Origin: an uncultured Methanosarcinaceae archaeon
Lineage (GTDB): Archaea; Halobacteriota; Methanosarcinia; Methanosarcinales; Methanosarcinaceae
Length of the DNA stretch: 64,000 nucleotides
Direction: 5' to 3'
Assembly: GCA_963733675.1 (NCBI GenBank)
Contig: CAVTET010000004.1
Coordinates: forward strand, 704,001 to 768,000
The first letter of the stretch is position 1, and every line of letters starts with the position of its first letter. The position numbers were made by a program, and so were the translations under genes. The notes below the pieces were generated by a model. That model was given only the letters and a program-made list of their open reading frames with translations, ran no database searches and was not told the DNA's origin. Shown here piece after piece: positions 57,947 to 64,000 of the stretch.

Positions 57947-58124
57947 TGTAAAGCCAAACAATACGAGGATTCCAAGATTTGCCATCTCGGCGAGGTTTGC
58001 ACCCTTACCTCCAAGCAGTCTTTCATGCTACTTTGTCATCAGTTAGATACTTTCCAAAAAGTATCCGAACTTGAACAATGACTATTCCCCATGAAAAGAT
58101 GTCAGTAATCGGAATTAGTGTATT
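57947..58124 (-). repeat. Diverged direct duplicate of the ppdK 5' leader and first ~44 codons (original 57069-57250)
   Basis: agatttgccatctcggcgag(g/a)tttgcacccttacctccaagcag(g)tctttcatgctacttt near-identical; caatgactat start region retained. Confidence 0.9.
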
Positions 58125-58392
58125 TATATAGTAAGAATTCAGTTTTATAATTCTCAACGATGCTTATAAAATATTTAAGCCTGTGATTAAATTACCTCAC
58201 TTATTTTACTTTCTGGCTCGAGCTTTACTTAAAGTTTTGTATAATATAGGTCTTGCGATATCTTTATATATTATAATTGTAGAGTACATATGCTTTTCAG
58301 TCTACAATATATCTTCTTAAAAAAAGCTGGAAGTCTAAACCATCAAAAACCAAGATATTTTTGCCTGAGCTGGAAGCATCCTGTTAATTTTC

Positions 58393-58662
58393 ATGGTTGA
58401 TATGAGACGACTCGGTAAAGTGCTACAAAGATCAGGTACCAAAAACCTGATAGTCAAAGGAGATGAGATCAAATCCGATAATACCTCAGGTAATATTCCA
58501 AAATTGAATTCGATTGTTGTGGATAAGGCCCTGAACCAGATTGGTGCGATTGTCAGCGTCTTTGGACCTGTAAACCAACCTTATTTTTTCGTGAAGGGAT
58601 TTAAGCAAATTCCTGATTCTGAGTTTCGGATTATGGTAAATGAAAAGGTCTATATTCGGTGA
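58393..58662 (+). CDS. gar1: H/ACA RNP protein Gar1/Naf1 family (start possibly 58402)
   Basis: MRRLGKVL..IG.I..VFGPVNQPY; canonical position upstream of tfb. Confidence 0.85.
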   Translation: MVDMRRLGKVLQRSGTKNLIVKGDEIKSDNTSGNIPKLNSIVVDKALNQIGAIVSVFGPVNQPYFFVKGFKQIPDSEFRIMVNEKVYIR

Positions 58663-58853
58663 GATCTCTGAAATTCGATATATGCATGAATCCTTTGTTA
58701 TGGTTCGACTTTAACTGGTATATACGTTTTTTGCTATCAATAGCCGTGAGTTTTCTTATCCTGTTTTTTATAACATAGATTCTTTAATTTGGTGCAGGTT
58801 CTGAATTACAGGAAATCATAAAGATGTCATGCTAACTTGTAAGGTGATATGAT

Positions 58854-59867
58854 ATGGTAGAAGTCGAAAGAGTTCGCTATTCGGACACTCTTGAAAGAGA
58901 AAAAATACGTTCAATGATCAAAGCTCGCAAAGAGAAGCAAAAGGAGCAAAGTTTTGAGAACGAAAAGGCCTTGTGTCCGGAATGCGGCAGCAGGAACCTT
59001 GTTCACGACTACGAGCGAGCTGAGCTAGTGTGTGGTGACTGCGGACTTGTCATAGATGCTGATTTTGTGGATGAAGGACCAGAATGGCGAGCTTTCGATC
59101 ATGATCAACGGATGAAACGCTCTCGTGTGGGCGCGCCTATGACTTATACAATCCATGATAAAGGACTTTCCACAATGATAGACTGGAGAAATCGTGATTC
59201 CTACGGAAAGTCAATCTCCTCCAAAAATCGTGCTCAGCTATATCGTTTAAGAAAATGGCAGCGTAGAATCCGTGTAAGCAACGCAACTGAAAGGAACCTT
59301 GCTTTTGCCCTTTCCGAATTGGATAGAATGGCTTCTGCTTTGGGTCTCCCTAGAACTGTCAGAGAAACTGCGGCTGTTGTCTACAGAAAAGCTGTGGATA
59401 AGAATCTTATAAGGGGACGAAGCATTGAAGGTGTGGCTGCAGCGGCTCTTTATGCTGCTTGTCGTCAGTGCAGTGTCCCGAGAACTCTTGATGAGATTGA
59501 AGAAGTATCTAGGGTCAGCCGGAAAGAAATCGGAAGAACCTACCGCTTTATTTCCAGGGAACTTGCATTAAAGCTCATGCCTACTTCTCCTATTGATTAT
59601 GTACCAAGGTTCTGCTCTGGCCTTAATCTGAAAGGAGAAGTTCAGTCCAAAAGCGTTGAGATCCTGAGACAGGCCTCTGAAAAAGAACTGACAAGCGGAA
59701 GAGGCCCTACAGGAGTTGCTGCGGCTGCAATATATATTGCATCCATCCTATGCGGTGAACGGAGGACTCAGCGTGAAGTCGCAGACGTTGCCGGGGTTAC
59801 TGAAGTTACTATCAGGAACAGATACAAAGAACTTGCAGAAGAACTGGATATTGAAATTATTCTCTAA
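58854..59867 (+). CDS. tfb: Transcription initiation factor IIB
   Basis: CPECG..CGDCG zinc ribbon, GPEWRAF, two cyclin repeats, [13 protein letters not shown]. Confidence 0.97.
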   Translation: MVEVERVRYSDTLEREKIRSMIKARKEKQKEQSFENEKALCPECGSRNLVHDYERAELVCGDCGLVIDADFVDEGPEWRAFDHDQRMKRSRVGAPMTYTIHDKGLSTMIDWRNRDSYGKSISSKNRAQLYRLRKWQRRIRVSNATERNLAFALSELDRMASALGLPRTVRETAAVVYRKAVDKNLIRGRSIEGVAAAALYAACRQCSVPRTLDEIEEVSRVSRKEIGRTYRFISRELALKLMPTSPIDYVPRFCSGLNLKGEVQSKSVEILRQASEKELTSGRGPTGVAAAAIYIASILCGERRTQREVADVAGVTEVTIRNRYKELAEELDIEIIL

Positions 59868-60432
59868 AATTTTTCTAATTTTTCGGTCTCCAACTCGGTT
59901 TCAGCTTTGTCTCTATATTTGCAGGAAAGAAAAGGCTTATTTTTAAAATCGCTTTCGTTTTTTGACCATTCAATATGTTTTCAAAAACACATTAAAATAT
60001 TTCTACAAATGTTTTGATTAATAATATTGCTAATTGAAATTCCGAAAGAATTTCTTTCAGAAAATTTAGATAAATTCCTAAATTTCGTCAACTTTTACAA
60101 ATTGTATATGTAGCTTGCTAGTGAAAATCATAATAGAATTCCGATTTACCTCTAATTTTGTTCTTAGCGTGAATGCTTTCCAAATTTTTCTCGTCTATGG
60201 CTGTATTTGACCCGATTTTTTCTTTTCTGGTTCATTTGATAGAGATTATAACAAAACCTTCAAATCCACTCTTAAACAGTAATGGAAACTGTATAATATT
60301 GCTTTCTTCGATATAATTAGTGCAGATTTAATATATATATTGAGAGAGCCTCTATAAGTACATCATACGGAAAGCATCGCAGCCTTCTCTGAAATTAGAG
60401 CTGCAACTAATATTATTTCAGAGCCGCCCATA

Positions 60433-60503
60433 GGCTTTGAGGCTTGGTACAATAAAGGGCTTGCTCTATATAAATTAAATAAATCCAATGGAGCAATAAA
60501 AGA
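60433..60503 (+). pseudogene. Single TPR-repeat relic
   Basis: EAWYNKGLALYKLNKSNGAIK matches the TPR consensus. Confidence 0.5.
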
Positions 60504-61093
60504 TACGGTATGGAATAACTGAGTTTACAGACACATAGTCAAAAATTATGAGATTTTCATTTTTTGCAGTGGAAACTACAGTTTCCCAAAAATGGGTAAT
60601 CTAATCATTAATCAAATTTGTTAGATGACCCAATGACACGACATTGTATTCAACAAAATTGAATTCAGTTATATGGTATTGATAATAGCTTTTATCAAGC
60701 CTAGTAATTCTGGGATCTAATTCCCTCCCACTTGATGGTATCGGCATGCTCATAAGCACTTCCTTACTAATAATTTACATAGCTGTTAAAACTTCTCATA
60801 TAATCCTATTAAAAGAAACTGAGCAAGACCCTGGATATTCTTCACATTATATCCGAGTTTAAGGCCAGATACAATCTAGACATCAAGAAAAAAGAGCTCC
60901 TAGAAATCCTAGATTATCTAACTGAAAAGGGAGAAATCGAATGCATAGATGGGAATATACCCACATGGAGAGTTTTGAAAGATAACATTTGAGGGCCTTG
61001 TCCATAAGTTTTTGAAAATAGCACATCAAACACTCTCTTTATATTTTTCAAAAAAATGGGTTGGTTTTTTGTAAACTAAGATTTTTTAATACT

Positions 61094-61300
61094 TTATAAC
61101 CCGAATTTGACAGATTCTACTAATTAACACAGTGTTTTATAACAAAAAACGCATTGCATCGGCAAGGAACCTTTAGGGAAAATGAAAAATGTCCAAAATC
61201 AAAAAACACAAGATAGAATTTTGAATTTATGAAGAAAACAGAGGTATGAAGTCCATTTATACATTATCAAATGTATGATTCTGTCAAATTAGGGTTATAA
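61094..61300. mobile_element. MITE-like element (~207 bp)
   Basis: ttataacccgaatttgacaga vs tctgtcaaattagggttataa, 20/21 inverted match. Confidence 0.75.
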
Positions 61301-61671
61301 TAAAAATTTAGTAAAAATATTTATTTTATATTAACACAATAATATACATCGTAAAACATATTTTGGGAGACATTTCAGTTTCTTTGTAGGCTTCAGGTGT
61401 TAGACTCCTCAAAAGATTGGTGTGTAAAGTTGGGCTAAAAATGAGGAGTTTTTGAGGATATTTGTTTGGGATAATTATTACAGCGACTATATGAATATAC
61501 TTGTTATCCTTCGACGAGTAGCGGGTGAATGCAAAAAAATAGTAAGAAACATATAACTAAATTAATTTAGCGTTAGATGATTGCGATTTTAAACAAAAAA
61601 AGATTTTTATTAACATAAAATAATATTTATAAAAATTGGAAGTGGTAAGTAAACTTTTAATTTTTTCAAAT

Positions 61672-62100
61672 CTATTTAATAATAACATTCTTATGAACCC
61701 ACAACTTCCTAACACAACCATCACACTTGATAGTCATACAACTAATATAATAACCAGTCTTTGGAAACTTGTGTAACGGATTTTTTAGTGATGGAGTAAT
61801 TTTTGTTCCTTCGCGAGAGGTTCCATCTCCAAAGTCCCATCTGATATATGTCTCATCACCTTTTGATAGATCCTTAAATCGTACTATTCGTGGATCACTT
61901 GAAACGGCTATCGCCGTATAATCAATTTGTTCATTCCTGCAGCCGGATAAGCGGGCTGTCGCTGAAGGAGTTCCTGCACCAAGAGGAGTCGGGGATACAG
62001 AACATTTTGCAGAGGTTCCTGCAGACAATAAAGTCAACATCATTAATATGGTGAAAACAGATACAGTTATTTTCCATATAGACTTCCCATTATTTCTCAT
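61672..62100 (-). CDS. Secreted PKD-domain protein
   Basis: Signal peptide; FKDLS..WDFGDG..NPLHKF..GYY; GGAGG RBS. Confidence 0.85.
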   Translation of the reverse strand: MRNNGKSIWKITVSVFTILMMLTLLSAGTSAKCSVSPTPLGAGTPSATARLSGCRNEQIDYTAIAVSSDPRIVRFKDLSKGDETYIRWDFGDGTSREGTKITPSLKNPLHKFPKTGYYISCMTIKCDGCVRKLWVHKNVIIK

Positions 62101-63843
62101 TTTTCCTCCTGTTTTTTTTTCTTAGTTTGAGCCGGGAACAGGTCTCTACCATTACAAGACTGATGTTTTAACATTTCTAAATGTGAATATATGTGTGATA
62201 TTCACAGCATTTAACTTTATTTACAAATTTAAATGTAGAATTTGAAAAATAGCAATTTTCTCAAAAAGATTGCTATTCAGACAACTGAAAAAACAACTAT
62301 GTTTTTGATCCTATAAACATCAAGATTAATCGTATATATTCTTTTACTGATCTCTATTAACTTGGCATTATTAGATTAAAAAGTTCTTTGATAACTATTG
62401 AGGAAAAATGTAAACAAATAAGAGTAGTGGGAGCCAAATAAGGAAACTAATTATCTCATAAATCACCTGACTTAGTCATTCTACATATTATAAGTTAATA
62501 ATGATAGAGGCATAAACATTATAATCGTAAATATAGTAAGGAATAGGCCACTAATAGACTCAAAGTAAGTTTCTCATTCTATGGACATGGGAGGAACTGT
62601 ATTAGCCCCCACAAAATCGATTCTAAGGTCGTTAAAGTAATTTAAGTGGGCTTTATGGGGTAGAGACATTGGGATCATTTGGTAGATGATTTTGATGACC
62701 GTGGTTGAAATTGTGATAAAGATTATTACATAGACCATCGTGGCCTATATAAATATTGTTAATAGTTCTAAGCAAATATTATTTCTCAACGTTGTTTGGA
62801 TCTTTTTTGCTTTGACATTGGAACAGGTGTAGGAGTTGATGTGCTTAAGTATGAGTATGGTTCAAAGGCATTTGATAGTTTGTTAGGCTATCAGGATATA
62901 GAAATTGTTAAAGGTTAGGGATATTGGACAAAAATAGTATACTTGTAAAAGTACATTCAACAATGGTCATTTACAATATAATAGCCTACATGGTATGGAT
63001 CCAAGCTTTAAACAAGTTAACCATTATGGGAATCAAAAATTATGCTGAATTGGAGAGGGAGTTACTGTTGACGATGCACATATCAACAGTATCTGATTAT
63101 ACTTCAAGAAATTTACTTATCTGTTCGGCGAGAAGTATGGTTTAGTACTTTATAAACTTTCTTATTTTAGCTTTCTTGAAATCTGAGCTGTTTTTATACA
63201 ACTCACAAAATGTATTTGCTCAGCATTCCAGCAATTTTTGGTTTTTTGATTCTTTTGTTTCTTTTATTTAATACTATCTATATATATACAAACAAATGTT
63301 ATCTCATTTTACGAAGATCTTGATGCTCTCTAGCCTAGCGTAGTAAATATCGTTAGAAATAAGTCAATGCTAGGCTCTTTGTAAGGTTCTCATTCGATGA
63401 CAATGGGAAGTATACTAATCACCAAAAAATAGATCACAGAGTCGCTAAATGAATTCGTTTTTCGAAAAAGTAGGATGTAGAGCCAATAGTTTTACTGATA
63501 AAGTTCTTGTGTCTATTATTCTCACTGATGTCTTGTTTTTAACGTAAAATCTGTGTATAATTTCAACATCAACTTTCCATTACAGTTTTTTGCACTATTA
63601 CCTAACTCATAAGCTTGGGAGTATAGAGAAACGCATACCAATTTGCTTTTCTGTTACAAGTTTAACGCCAAATGTTGTTTCATTTTCACGATTATAAGGC
63701 AGGATGCTCCCTATTTTAGATGTGAATACGCTATCTTATAATCGTGATACACTATATAGCTAGTTTCTTCTGTATCGATCTTATGGAATTTTCACAACTT
63801 CAATACATTTGATTATATTAGTTTTCAAAATTTTAGAAATCGC

Positions 63844-64000
63844 CTATGTTACAATTATTTTAACTTGTTCCGGTGCACTTTTCACAGTGTTATTGAGTGC
63901 TGCCATTAAAACGTCATAAATTCTTGCGTTAGAGTAAGTATGCACTGGATTCTGTTGGGTAGAATAAGTTCCATCTCCAAATGACCAGTATTATGACGTT
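63844..64000 (-). pseudogene. 3' end of a PKD-domain gene (partial, in-frame TAA)
   Basis: TS*YWSFGDGTYSTQQNPVHTYS..VKIIVT*. Confidence 0.6.

Noticed and set aside
62600-63800. Possible degraded genes or IS1-like relic
   Set aside because: Similarities too weak to support a call by eye

Overview
AT-rich archaeal chromosome segment, very probably from Methanosarcina (Methanosarcinaceae). This rests on tfb, gar1, purP, trm11, truA, SepCysS, an intron-containing tRNA-Tyr and a five-gene CBS cluster. Intact housekeeping genes alternate with long decayed intergenic regions full of IS relics (IS6, IS5, IS110), several MITE-like repeat families and many pseudogenes. The pseudogenes include an ATP-dependent ligase, PolX, a TetR-methyltransferase fusion, GmrSD/DUF262, a Cache-pentameric ligand-gated ion channel, PLD, an FAD oxidoreductase and a frameshifted ppdK. 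There is no CRISPR array, rRNA or prophage. The most notable observations are: (1) a diverged copy of the ppdK leader and first codons ~880 bp upstream of ppdK, preceded on the opposite strand by a TATA-like box, which is a candidate duplication-derived antisense RNA; (2) a perfect 4 x 100-bp tandem array; (3) a decayed Cache-domain Pro-loop channel next to two mntP genes; (4) a TetR-HTH/SAM-methyltransferase fusion; (5) a SepCysS with an N-terminal extension beside a nest of IS6-derived MITEs; (6) a probable non-canonical start codon for the HPS-RraA fusion; (7) several single genes bracketed by direct repeats. All family calls come from motif recognition by eye; no database searches were run.
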